NCBI GenBank assembly: GCA_964247055.1
Contig: OZ176050.1
Coordinates: 4,340,001-4,404,000, forward strand
DNA: 64,000 bases
Reading direction: 5' to 3'
From: Paragordius varius
Taxonomy: Eukaryota > Animalia > Nematomorpha
Every line of letters begins with the position of its first letter. Position 1 is the first letter of the stretch. Of this stretch, positions 14,091-27,869 are shown piece by piece. A program made the translations under genes and the position numbers. The notes beneath the pieces were generated by a model that did not search any database, was not told where the DNA came from, and saw only the letters and a program-made list of their open reading frames with translations.

Positions 14091-14650
14091 CACTTCGATT
14101 CAAATTGGTGTATCTAAATATCCCAGACTGTATTTAAGTTATTATTTTTAAAAAACTACTGAAGGAAACTCACGATTATGCTTCTATCCTGGAAAAAAAT
14201 ATATAAATAAGACGAAATATTTAAATAAAATTTCGTTTTTTAAAAAAAAAGGTCCATGTCAAACTACTTTGACGCCATTTTTATTTTACAACATTTTTGT
14301 AAAATATTGTGTTCATTTAATTTTAAAGGTAAAATTAAAGCTATATTTTTTTTAAATCACGTCTTACATTGATAGAAATAGAAACGGTGGTTTATTTTGT
14401 ATTATTTTTCAATTTAGCCAATGCGCACATGTTACATTGACTAAATTTTTACTTTTGAGTTTCACATCAAAATAAGTAATATCAAATATTTTTGAAAAGT
14501 TTTTAAAAATTCGTTTTATTAATGTTATATAAGCGCAAAATTTTGCCATGGTTCCGATTCCTACCATATATTTAATTTTAAACAGGCCTGGGGTATCCAA
14601 CTACCCTAATTTGAATCGAATGACGGAAATGAATGTGTTGTATCCAAGTG
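14091..14650 (-). mobile_element. piggyBac-like MITE, copy 2
   Basis: TTAA|CACTTCGATTCAAATTGG at the left end and GTGTTGTATCCAAGTG at the right end. Reverse-complement homolog of 3330-3889. Confidence 0.7.
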
Positions 14651-15616
14651 TTTCTAACTAAGACGGGTGTACTAGTATTATTTTACATTTTCCACAAAAT
14701 TTCTCAAAATCTATGTATTCTTTTGATAAGTGTATCAGGATTCAAGGTGCTTTTTGTAGCCCTTACGGTTCTGTAAAAGTTATTTACACTTTTATGATAT
14801 GCTTTATTTCAGAATTTTCGATATTTTTAATTGGAAAGCTTAATACTCTATTACAAAAATATCATTATAAAAAGAAAAACAATTTTAAAAAAAAATTTTA
14901 TGTGGTGGGATCCAAAAGTCTCAAATTTTTTTCTTTTTCCAAATGGGCTATTCCTAAAATAGAATAAAAATGCCGAGATTGCGTGATAAATTTTGATATT
15001 ATCTAAATTTTTAAAATTTAAAAATAATTTTTATTATAAAAATATTAAATTTTTAGAAATGTTGAAGCGCCATATTATTTATGGAAAGATAAATTACCTG
15101 TTTGGAGCGCAGTGTATAATAACATCTACCATTGAAATGGCATACTTTTTATGGGAAAAAATAGCGTTAACATTCACAAAAAACCAGATGAAATTATAAT
15201 CTGATAAATAAAAGTTTCGGGATCTCATGCCACTTTTACTTTTTGGCTTAAGGAGTATAAGTATATGAAAGTATTTTGGTGGTAACTGTAAATAATGATA
15301 TTGTGTGTATATGTAGAATTTTTTACTGAAAGCTTGCTAAAAAGTATAGTAAATTATCTTATATAATATTTGCAAAGCAAAAAAAATAAATTTATAATAA
15401 ATAATAAATGAGGGCTCAATCTCAAGTTTTTGTGACCGTCAAAAATGGACATGTCTTAAACTGATGGCGAAAATGCCGATATTACGCGGAAATTTAAAAA
15501 TTTTGATATCAAAAAAGTTTGCCGAAAAAATATTATATTTTGCTTAAAAAACAAAATTTTGCAGAGGCGTTTCATGATATTTTGAAGCAGGGTGGTAACG
15601 GTATAAAACACTTTAA

Positions 15617-17846
15617 TCTATATATTAAAAATGAATAGTGGTGGCTTTGTGATCTGTTTCCGGAAAACCGGACCCATTCAAATCCAAATGTCAAAAAATA
15701 TAATCATTAATGAATGCCTCGACAATAGCTTTGTCCTTTTTCTGAATTAGGCTCCCAGTTCGGGCCCACGCCGTGTAAAAACGGTTTTTTGAAAAATCCA
15801 CAAATATGGTGTCTTTCAGACAATTTTCCGGAAAGCGTGTTAAACCTTTCGATTTCAAATATAATTTTTATCTACTTTTTTTCGATTGCGCCCAACATAG
15901 TCGGCTCGCTTTTTTAATTTAGGCCCTCCTATTACCCGCTCCCCCCGTAAAATGCCATTTTTTCGAAAAAACGTCCATAAAAATAATTTTTTCCATCTAT
16001 TTTTCGCCCAAGGTATGAGACCGTGAAAATTCAATGAGGATTCCAGATATCCATGTTAAAAGGTCAAAATTTTAGTCGGTTTTTATCTTGGCTGCTGGTT
16101 AGGGAGATACCCGCTAAAAACGGCCCCATCATATGGAAATAGCGTGCCCTTGGGGCTAAATTTCAGAAAACCTATCGGGCCATATGAGTTTAATAGGTGC
16201 TTAAAATACCCGTAACAAGGCAAAATTTAGATCGTACGGGTTTTTAAAATTCGCCGTTAATTAGGCCCTTCACCCCCTTAAAAATGCGCCACCACAGAAT
16301 GATTTTTTGTTCTGAGGCATTTTTTTAAAAACTAATGAGAGAATATGGAATCAATCATAATTCCAGGTATTCTCTGTAAAACGGCAAAAATTTTAATCAA
16401 GCGCTTTTTTTGTATCAGCCTCTGGGTAGGGATCTACCCGCCTAAAACTGCGCCACCATATCAAAATTGAGTTGTTTTGGAGTTAATTTTCAGAAAACAT
16501 ATCAGGCCACATAAGTTTATTAAGAATACTACCCGTAAAAAGGCAAAAATTTCGAGAGTTTTTTTTATAATAGCCGTTGATTAGGCCCTTTACGCCCTAA
16601 AAATGCGCTATCATTGAACTATTATTTAATTAAGCCATTCTTCCAAAAACTATTATGAACATATGGAATGAATGATGAGGTGTTCCCCTACAAAGGTATA
16701 AAATTTTTACTCGAACGTCTTTTTTATATTGGTTTCGGGGCTACCCGCCAACAACTACGCCTCAAATTGAGACAGCTTGACTTTGGAGGCAAATTTGAGA
16801 AAACTTATCAGGCCATATGAGTTTAGTAAGGGTTTTAAATATTACCCGTAAAACGGCAAAAATTCAAGTAGAGCAGTTTTATCAAAATACCCCTTAATTA
16901 AGCCCTTGCCCTGAAAAATGCGCCACCATAGAATGAATTTTTGGTTTTGAGGCAATTCGAAAATCCCACGAGGGCATATGGAATCAATCATGATTCCAGG
17001 TATTACCCATACAAAGGCAAAAATTTTGCCCAACGCTTTTTTTATATGCCCCTGGGTTAGGAGCTACCCGCCAAAAACTGCGCCACTATATAATTGCGTT
17101 GTTTTGGAGCTAATTTACAGAGAGTTTATGAAGCCATATGAGCTCATTAAAAGCTTAAAATATTACCCGTAACTAGGTAAAAAAGGTTAGGCGTTTTTTG
17201 TTAGCAGTTAATTTGGGTCCTTTATGCCCTAAAAATACGCCATCATATAACGATTATTTAGTGTTGAGGTATTTTTCAAATAACCAATGAGACGATGGTA
17301 TCAAAGATGATTCTAAATATTTGCCCTATAAAGGCAAAGAATTTAACTCAGCGCTTTTTCCATATAGATCTATGGGTAGGGGTCTACAATTGGTTTATAA
17401 CTAAAACGCCATACAAAAATGGGGTGGTTTTGGATTTTAAAAATAAAAAGCCATACGAGTTCAGTTAAACACATTCTGGGCAATTTGTATAATGTAATTC
17501 TTTGCTTTAAAAAGGGACCACAAATTATTCACTTTTTATATTCCTTGATCCATCTGTGTGAACACAATTTCAAAATAAAACTTTTAACCATGATTTCGTA
17601 AAACGAAAATCTTAAAATAATTCCAATGATAGTTGACTATAAACTTTATTAAGAAACAGTTTAAATATGGTCAATATCGAGTAAACAATATTTGAGCCTA
17701 TTCAAAAACCCTTAAAAGAATAATTAAAGACATTCTTTTTATTAAATATATTTTTTTATTTTTTATCTTCATTACCTCTATTTATTGCAAATTAATAAGA
17801 AAAATTATTGGTGAACGTCACAGCAAAGCGTGACAGGACCAGCTAG
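15617..17846 (+). mobile_element. Non-autonomous Helitron, copy B (2230 bp), with internal ~160-bp tandem array
   Basis: A|TCTATATATT 5' end with the family 5' module. The 3' end is GTCACAGCAAAGCGTGAC hairpin-AGGACCAG-CTAG|T. About 9 monomers lie between 16050 and 17400. Confidence 0.85.
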
Positions 17847-18535
17847 TATATCATAAAAACATTTATCAAAAAATATATGAAAATTCAAATATATTAAAAG
17901 GGAGATATTAATTCTTGTGAGTAGTAGGAAACGAAATGAAATAAAATTGAACTGCGCATTCTAACACCCAGAACCTCACTCTAAGTAATTAAGGACCTAA
18001 TGGTAAATTTTATAAAATCCGAAAAATCGTGTCATTCACGCAATTTTCCTCAAACGTATTAGACAATTTGAATTATGTGCGAGTGCGCAGATAGTCTGGC
18101 TATTTATTTGAAATGGCTACTCGCTTTAGCGATTCTAATTAAATTTATATCGATTACATAAAATACATGCTACCAAAAATTATACCAGTGAAGAAATTTC
18201 ACATTTCAATGAGCTACTGTTGCCTTATGAATTAGTTTATGGCCGCCTCCCTTGTATAAAAAAGATCCAATACCATTTAAGATTAGTTGTTTTTCAATAA
18301 TTGAACTTAAACAGTTTTTTAAATTATATATTTTATATAGATATTTTACCTCAATCAGGAAGATTAATAGGTTATAATATTATGATATATATATATATAT
18401 TTATTGGTGTATATATAAATATACTCTGACTTTCTATAAATCTATAAATGTGTTAATTATAAAAATAATACTGCATGTGCACTATTTGGATATAAGAAAC
18501 TGTATATATATTTGAGATATCTGGAGAAAAATAAT

Positions 18536-21500
18536 TTAAGTATGGTCCCTGAGTTGTTGAGTTATATGCTTTCCAGTTTCAACATTGAGTGCATTGATGA
18601 TATCAGGCGATTGAGAACGGCTATTGCTAAGATACTCCCTTATTAAATGTTCACGGTCAAGTGGATCAAACTCATCTGAAGCTGGGATATATTTACGGAA
18701 TAAAGTATAATTTACATTATTAATTTATTTCAAAAATTCATCAATAATATGGGAATATACTATCATTTTTATACTTAACAAATTGGCTTAGATTACTAAG
18801 GTCTTTCATATTTAAAAGGCAAGACTGTATATAATACATTAAAAAATAAATTGATTTACATAATATCTAAGCAACTTTACAAATTAGTTATGATCCAGCT
18901 ATAGCCATGATACCAAACAATTTTATATTTTTTACATATAAAATCAATAATTTTCGCTTGAAAATAAAAATTAAAAAAAACTATACCCGTTTCGTGCATT
19001 ACACCATTAACCACCTCAATATCGGGGGGAAGTTCCTGAGTTGTGTTAGCTTTTAAATTACCGGAAATTTCATTCTGAGGTTCGTTATGTGCTAACGTTT
19101 CGGGTGGATAAACGTTTATGGTAAAATCGTGGCTTTCATCTATAATTTTTATGAGTAAAATTAAATATCTGGTTATATTGGTAAGCGAATTTGAAATTTT
19201 TTATCATTTATAAAATGTGTTATAATAAGATCCATTGATAAAATTGATGATCTGGAATAAAAGCGAATTTCAAAAAATGCATTATTCTTGTTATACATGT
19301 ATAAACAACAATAATTAATTTAAAATACAATACTTACCCATTTTCCTGGTATTATTATGACCGTTGAGTATTTGATGCTCTATGTCGTCATTTAGTAAAT
19401 GTCCACAATTTTGTGGCAAAAGTACATGTAGTTGTTGGTGGTGAGTATGATGGTTCACATCATTAGTTAATTGAGCAATTTCAGTAGTAGCTTTTCCTGA
19501 ATATGATACATTATCCGAATTATGGAGAGCCTTATTTTGATTACTTATATCATCCTGTTCTGAACTTTTGAGGCCAACGATTTCGGATTGACTTAATGGT
19601 AAACTATGTTGTGTAGCATCCCATACATCTCGGTTATCAAATGTTTGTTTTTGTCCATAATTTAATTCACGTTCAATGACGGTGGCACGACATATAGCAC
19701 GGTAATGATCGGCTCGAATTTTGATATATATTAATCTGTTTGTATCAAAAATAAATGGTATGCTTTAATATTGGAATTGTTTAATCTGAATTTAAAGCAT
19801 AAATTTTTGATTACTACAAAAGTAATCTTTAGTATATTAGTTTATATTATTAATTATATTTTAGGTTCGACACAGATAACTTGAGTAATCGAAAATGCAT
19901 GCTATAAATAAATTCAAATATTGTTGAATTTAAATATTTTAATATTAACACAATAATATTTCAACGGAATTTCGATTTTTCACTAAATCTTTTATGTGAG
20001 GATGGTCGTTATAATTATAAAAACAATTTTAAAATCTACCATCAAAAATAAATTATAATTCTTATCTAACACATTCAGTGTAATAAACTTTACCTGTCAT
20101 TTGTTAAGGACTTTGAGGAATACCCTGATGGATGTTGTTCTTCACAATTGGTACAAGAAGTGTGGTTTGGCTCATTCGATAAGAATCCCGTATAATCATT
20201 ATCTGACATTAAGGGTTCAACCGTATAATCAGGTATGAATTGACCAGGTTTTAAGCCATCTCCAGTTGTTTGCAAACCTATGATTGTGATTATTATTAAA
20301 AAAGTTTTTAACTTAATACCGACTCAACCCATAGACAATCTGTTTATAATATGAGGACAATGCGGCTTAAAAAACTTGGAAAAACGTTAAAATAAATGGT
20401 TTAAAATCACAGCTAAATTTACACAAATTCAAAATTTTACAAATTAGGAACGTCAAAATCACACTAGATAATATACCATAAAAACTTTCGTAAATGTTTA
20501 AAAACTTACTCTTGTTTGTGGCTAAAGCTTGAGTACCAAAATAACTGAAAGGCCCAGTTTCAAAGCATATGTTTTCATGACCCGCAAAAACACGTACTCT
20601 GCCCTCCAATATCAATATAAAATAATCAGCTAGTTTTCCTATGCGATAATAAAAAAACTTTGATATGCTAAGTTGATAAAAAATAAAATTAAAGTTATTA
20701 AAATATACCTTTGGTGTATAATGGCTTATTAGTTTTGGATACATGTAAGGTGTAACTGTTATGGTTTTTATCATGCCATCCCTTTAAAATTGGTAATGAT
20801 TGTCCCAAACTACTATGTAATTTTAGAAATATTTTAAAAATATATATTATTGTCTTGATTAAGAGACATGACACTAAAGATATAATATCATACTTAAACA
20901 CAGCAAGTCATTGAAGAAACGACTGATTTAAGATAAAAAAGACTGAAAAAAGAATATATAAACCATAGTACTTAAATAACAAAATAGATTAGGAAACGTT
21001 CAATAAAAAATCGTATTTATTAACAATTTCTAAATACACCACAGTTATTAATACTTATTACGAAGGTTTTCAAGATTACGGAGTAGAATCATATCGAAGA
21101 TAACAATAAAAATTAAATTTTCTAATGCAACATTTCATATTTTATATATAAAAGACCAAACAGTGGACAAAAGTTATAAATAGAGCTGTATTTTGTATTT
21201 CGAATTCACGGTTTAAAGTCTGACTAAAAAACTGATCATAGCAACCGATATAAGCTTCACTATTCCAATATATATGCATGAAGCACAAAAATATTTGCTG
21301 CAAATAAAATGATAAATAAATGATTTAAACACGTTAAACATTCAACCAAAAAAATATTGGCAAAGTCCGTGCAACATATGATTAATCGCATTAGGTTTAT
21401 ATACGTCCTATCGATTGAGAATAAGTTTAAATATACTTTGCGTTAGGGATCGAGAATATATCCGTGTCTTTTTGAAACGGTTCCAATTCTGCTGTAGCCA

Positions 21501-24500
21501 AATTTTCAGATTTTTTCAATTTTTCTAAACTGTGGCCTGTATCCTCTACCAACATAGGATTAATATCTTTTGTATCTGCATGATGTTTGCCGGGATTATT
21601 ATATTTTTCATGTGTAATATGGTTATTATGTCGTCGATGATGTGTGCTATCATAATGATTTACAACAACACTCGGTCGCCGAATCAATTTTTTAAGTATG
21701 GCTTCGGAAACGTGTTCATTACCGAATGCAGGAATATCTAAAATGATATAGAACAAAAAATTGTAAGTTATAACTAATAATAATTAAATACAGGTAGAGA
21801 TCATATAAAATTATACGCTTTAAAAAAATTTTTTGAAAATCTTCGTGTAAAAATGAAGGTAATTTCCAAAGATACGTATATATATTTATAAAATTATTAT
21901 ACAGATAAATATATATAAACATAATCAATTTTATTAGATCTTAATTAAATTAAATTAAGATTTCGACTAACACTAACACCACATAAAAACTTTAAAATTA
22001 AATTTACACTATTGTCTATAAAATGTCAAATGGTTGCAATGAACAATTTTTTGCCTATATTTTAAAATTTAATTTATTTTCATCATTTATTCTCAAAACT
22101 AAAACCTATATAATGTATACCTATCAAAACCTTTAAAAGTTGTTTTACAAACAACCTTCAGGCTCAATTACAGAAATAAAAGTTAAAAAAAATGTAAGCA
22201 AATTAACTAACTAGCTCGTAAGAATTGGAAAGCCACCAAAAACATTTGTGGCGTAAGGTAAGAGAGTACACGTTGTGATGACTTGGCTAAATTGGTCGGT
22301 TTCCAAAAGCTTTCAATGGTGTTGTGCGCACGTTTACGGACATGTCTCCCTTTATTATCCATTTTTACTGCAGACAAACGAAAAAAATCAATGTTATAAT
22401 ATACTAAATTTTGTTAAATAATAAATTTCAAATGACACAAATATTATTTCCTTAAAATAAGGTAAAAAAAGAAACAAAAAGCTTTAAAGCGGTAAATATA
22501 TGAATAATTATGAATTTTTATATTTCGACAAAAAATGCTATAGCAATTACAAAAAACTTTATATTGAAAGAGAAATGGACAAATAAATTATATATTAAAT
22601 AAAATTTAATGCTTTCACAAAATTAATTAATTAATTGAAAATTATATTACTTAGGACTTAATAAAAATAAAATTAAAACCAAAAATTATGATTGAGTCTA
22701 TAAAAATTCACCAAAAGTGTCCGTTTCGTCCCAAATTTCGGATTGTATGATTTCTTCGATAACATCTTCCAACGTAACTAGCCCAATAATTTTATACATT
22801 GGATCCTTATCGGGTTGAGTAACTATGGTCCGTACAAAAGCCATGTGCGATTTACCTGTAAATCAGAAGCAAAAAAATAAAGTTATTAATTTTTGATTAT
22901 AAGGCTACTTTAAATTGTAAAATTTAAACATGAAATAGTTAATTTGAAATATTATACACACGCATTTTTTTTGATAAAAAACTAATTTATGAGGCACTTT
23001 TTTCCTTTACATGCTAAAATAGGTTAAACTGATTAACAATCTCAGCTTTTGTGTGTTAGTATAAAAAATGTATGGAGTAAAGGGGAGGAGAAACATGCAT
23101 ATTTCTAAAGAATTAATGGGAAAAAATCAATAAAAAACTGTATTTTTTTGTTTGTTAATTAATTAAATTTAATGATTTCAAACAAAGCCAGCATTTGTAA
23201 ACTCGTAAAATGTTTTAGAGTAAAAGAAAGAATTAGCAATTATTAACAAATAAATTTGTAAAAATACTAAGATTTCACACTCAATCAATTATCACAAGTG
23301 AAATTAACCAAAAAATTCAACATTAAAACTTTTTATAATTTTGGGTTTCAGACAAACATTATTAACTTTACCCTTTTTAAATTCTTCCAGAATAGATGCT
23401 AGGGGTGTATCCTCAAACACATACGTAACCACGTGATTATAGAATTTGAGTACAGTTGCCAACGGTATTTTATCATCGGGATCAATGAAGGCTAAATCCT
23501 TGAAATTTAGTAATGCGACAATGTGTGATTTATCTGGTTCTTCGAAGACAGGGATCCGCGTATATCCTGAGGCCACAATAGCTGCTATAGTTTGAAAATC
23601 TAGGATAGAATGATAACCAAGGGCAAACATATGCTCAATCGGTGTCATAATTTGTCCAACTGTCTTTGTACTCATAAACAATGCCCCAGTTATGATGTCA
23701 ACTTCATCTTTACGCAAGAGACCAGTAGGGTTATTGTTATTATTATGTTTGAGAGTATTGTTGGTCGAAGGATTATTTGGTAATTTTTTGTTCCCACCTC
23801 GTGCCCCGTGTTTTTTATCACGACTCTTTCCGAGTTTTACATTGTTGTTGTTGTGGCTGCTGTTTGTTGATTCGGCGGATGAAATAAGTTGTGGAATAAG
23901 GGATTGGGATCGAGTTTGTGCTTGTTTATGCATTTTTTTGTTCTTTGTAAGATCGGAACCAGATAGTTGCACCAAGGGTAAGGGATGACTAGCTTTACGG
24001 GCTTGATTAATAAATTTATTCTTTGCACGTAGGAGTAATGAAGTCTTATTAACTATGTTTTCCAAAGATAATTTTCTTGACCTTGCACCATTTACAGAGT
24101 TGGGTAAACTTGAGTCAGTAGTATTGGTAATAGTTTTAGATTCTTCACTATTATTATTATTATCTTGCGAGGAAGGATGTTGTTGGTTCATAGATACTTT
24201 AGTTACCTCGTCACTATCTAAACTTGGTGTAGTTGATGATTGTAACATTGGTGCCTCATTTTCTGCCGTAATATCATCATCTTGAGAATCAAGGGTCAAC
24301 TTTTTTACATTGGTGGTCTTACCACGTTTAACGTATTTATTAGTTTTTGCAATGACCCTTTGCACCGGGCCAGTTTCAATTAATTTACCGCATCCGTCTC
24401 TTTGTTCTGTACCGCATGTCGTGTTTGAATGTACCAGCACTTGGGTAGTAAGAGCCCCATTAATTTTAGCCTGTTGTGAAGGAGATGCTGATATTAGGGC

Positions 24501-26956
24501 ATTGGGTACGTCGTCGATTAAAACGGGAAACGTTGTGACTTGATTTATTTTTGAGATGGATGATGCAGGATTCACCGCCATTAACTTAACGAGTTCCAGG
24601 AGTCTTTGGCGATTGTAAACGGCACCAATCTCTTCACCCAAGATTTTATCGAGGGCCAAACTGATGGGATAAGACAGGGGAGCCGTTATAACCATAAACA
24701 TTTTAGTTAACCAAATGGTGTGTGCCCCTATGGCTAAACCATGTCGCGTACAAATGGCTTGGGGCAATATTTCACCAAACAATGTAATACCTAAATTGTA
24801 ATGATGAATACAAACAATATAAATAATTGTATATAGGCTATGATTGCGATTATTATATAATATAAATTTATTATATTTCAATTTATTTCGTTAATGTTTT
24901 TTTTTTCAAAAATGAGTCGATTAGTTATATGTTTCAATGTAAAAATTAACAAATCTAAAAGCCAACATAGTTAAAAAATAGGTTTTAACCAAAAAGCATG
25001 ATTACAAAATACAAATGATTTGGATTCATAAAGGTATGTAATTATGAATTATAAATTAAATTTTATTGGCCGTGGTATAATATTTAATTAATTAATCTTC
25101 ACACCATAGTTTTGGCGCTTTTATATCAATCGATTAATATTATGTAAATTAAATTAATTTACATAAATTAATAGAAAAAAATATATTTTTAAAAAATATG
25201 GAATTAGAATCGTATATGAATATAATTGAATTTCTACCAAAAAAATTGTCACATAAAAATTTAAGTAAAACCTATATTACACAGCCAATTCAATATTTTT
25301 TTAACACAATTAATTTCAGTCCTTCAATTCAAATGGGGGTAGTTGAATACCCCAGGCGTGTTTAAATTTAAATATTTCAAAAAATATGGATTGAATTGAA
25401 ACTATGGCAAAAATTTGCACTCATATAACAATAATAAGCCGAAATATATAATAATGTTCATTGAAAAATACTTAATATTACTTATATTAAGGTATAACCT
25501 CAAAGTTAAAATTTAGTAAACATGACATGTGTGCCTTAGCTAAATTAAAAAATAACACAAAATTAACCATTTTTTCTGTTTCTATCAATGTTAGTTGTAA
25601 TTTAAATAAAAATCAGCCTTAATTTTAGATTTAAAATTAAATTAATGTTTTAAATTGAAAATTGAGTCGAAGTAATTTGATATAGAACTTTTTTCCAAAA
25701 CTAAATTTTATTTAGAAATTTCAACTTATTTATATAATTTTTATTGAGATAGAAGCAAATATTTAAATTAAAACCGTTACTTTCAGTAGTTTTTTAAAAA
25801 TTCAACTTAAATACAGTCCGGGATATTTAGATACTCCAATTTGAATCGAAGTGTTAATAAGTCCCATAATTAACACTCCTCAATGTTCAGATTTCAAAAT
25901 AAGATCATAGTTTGAAAGATCCATGTTACAAGTGGCATGAACTTTCCACAATACGGCGTAGTTTAAACGTATCATAAAAAAGTTGAATTTTATATTTCGT
26001 GCTAAAAAAACCATACCTATAGTTGAGACGATGACAGCAACCTTGCCAGACGATAAGTTCTCCAGAAAAACCGTTAAGGTCGAATTGACAAGCACATTCC
26101 CCAAGACAAGAGAACAAAGCAGAAAATTACCACGTTTCCTTAGGGGTGCAATGGCACGGGCATACTTTTTTTCAAAATACGTTCCACTTTTTTGAATAAG
26201 CGTAAGCTCAGTAAGATCAAGTGAAAGTAAACCAATGGTAAGACCACTGAAAAGACCTGAAATGAGAAACATGACAATAATGATAAAGATTTGGACCCCC
26301 ATGATAGGGATAATGTATCGGGATCGTGTGTTAACCAAAGCAACTCTTAACCATGAGAATGGACTGGCATATTCTAACGTACCATCCATACTGTTGGGGA
26401 GAGTGGATTTAACATCTTGTGTAGAAGTACCAAATAAGATTGAGTATTTGGTGGATTCAAGGGTCTTTTTCACACAAAGCTGAAAATAGGAAGCACCATA
26501 CGTCTTCATAAAGATGGGAAAGGTTACATCAAATAGCGCCATAAATGGTACAAAAACGTATTGTTCCGTTTCTTTCAGCATTATTTTAGTATCATATAAG
26601 GTCATGGATTTACTTGCAAAAAGCTCTGTGACCCTGTGTTCATCACAAGTCCCGTTTCCTCCAGACTTTGAAAATGCGATTTTAATTTGTATAACTTCAT
26701 TACTAAAAGACGTCCAAATATTTTTTTCCAAATAAAAGAATCCATACATTTGTATAGTTGTATTTTTCCCATAAAAAATAGGCAATGGATTTGGTGACAC
26801 AATAGGAGCTATACATTCGTTTTCCTCAGCGTTGCAAAAATAGAATAAAGATGTATGTCGCTTCAATGATAAAACAACTATTCCACCTTCCGAAACAATA
26901 TTTAATCCATTTACGAATTCGAATAATATAAAAATTGATAGCAAAAAAATTTTCAT
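18536..26956 (-). CDS. CNNM: CNNM-family (cyclin M / unextended-like) metal transporter, 1357 aa, 11 exons
   Basis: Exons 26956-26017, 24790-23372, 22855-22712, 22367-22212, 21737-21437, 20812-20709, 20638-20510, 20277-20094, 19735-19338, 19139-18987, 18681-18536; GT-AG, 4074 nt in frame. Features: signal peptide; DUF21 ([25 protein letters not shown]); CBS pair ([38 protein letters not shown]); CNBH domain ([31 protein letters not shown]). Confidence 0.95.
25306..25853 (+). mobile_element. piggyBac-like MITE, copy 3, in CNNM intron 1
   Basis: Ends CCAATTTGAATCGAAGTG|TTAA. Body is homologous to 3355-3889; the left end is partly deleted. Confidence 0.68.
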
Positions 26957-27522
26957 AAAATATCAGCTAATAAAATTCATGGTTTTTATAAGTTCAAATT
27001 TTAAACCGCTGACGAAATGAATGTAATCAGGCGCACGCCTCTTAAATATTTTTTTAGAAATTTTACCGATAGTAATTTTTATTATAATTTTAGCGGTAAT
27101 TAAAACAGAAAATATAAAAGAAGATAGAAACCATACTTTTGACCAATACAAGAATCAAGAATATTTTAAAAATAATAATTGGTCTTTTTATGATCAGATT
27201 GTTGAAATGGAGAAGGAAAAATGCACTCGACCTTCAAATAAAGATACCAAATAAACCGCATTTATTGTTTAATAAGCTTGTGATCCTTTACAATGCTGGA
27301 TTTTTATAAATACGTATATCTTTTTTGCTGGATTTGACATTTATTCGTTAATTAGTATTTTAATACGGATTTGTATTATAAATCTTTATTTCATTTCAGC
27401 TTGCGAATCGATAGATATCTTTCTAAAATGCTAAAACAGCCAAAATTAAGTTCTAATTTTATTTTATCACACAATAGGCATGTAATTATCGGGGTTTATA
27501 TTACAGAGCTTAAAAACTTATG

Positions 27523-27869
27523 CATTGGTTCCCAACCTTTTTTTATTGGCGCCCCACCAAATTGACAAAAAATTCTTGCGCCCCCATCCCCCCAAAAAAC
27601 AAAGATGAAAATACAAAATTTATTTAGAAAAATCATAAATAATGAAATCTTTGTATCTGTGTTGTCATATTTTTCCACATCGAGGACAAATAATTTTTTG
27701 CACCTGAGATCATCATTAAACTTATATTTGTTAATAATCGAACCAAGGCTGATAATTTATATTATATTAAATAAGCTAATTATCAAATAATAATAAACAT
27801 TAATTATTAACATAAATTTTAGATCATTTCTCCAAATTTACGCGCCCCCACCCCTAGAAGAAACCACTG
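27523..27869. mobile_element. hAT-type MITE
   Basis: CATTGGTTCCCAACCTTTTT at left and AGAAACCACTG at right match the CAGTGGTT(C/T)(C/T)CAAC hAT terminus pattern. The flanking 8-mers AACTTATG and CTTTTATG partly match, consistent with a decayed TSD. Confidence 0.55.

Noticed and set aside
15617-17400. CRISPR-like appearance of the regularly spaced repeats
   Set aside because: Whole monomers are homologous (no unique spacers), no cas genes are present, and the context is a spliced animal genome.
23692-24543. Plus-strand ORFs overlapping CNNM exon 2 (also 25983-26735, and ORFs antisense to the zinc-finger exons)
   Set aside because: They are antisense shadows of long coding exons with no motifs of their own.
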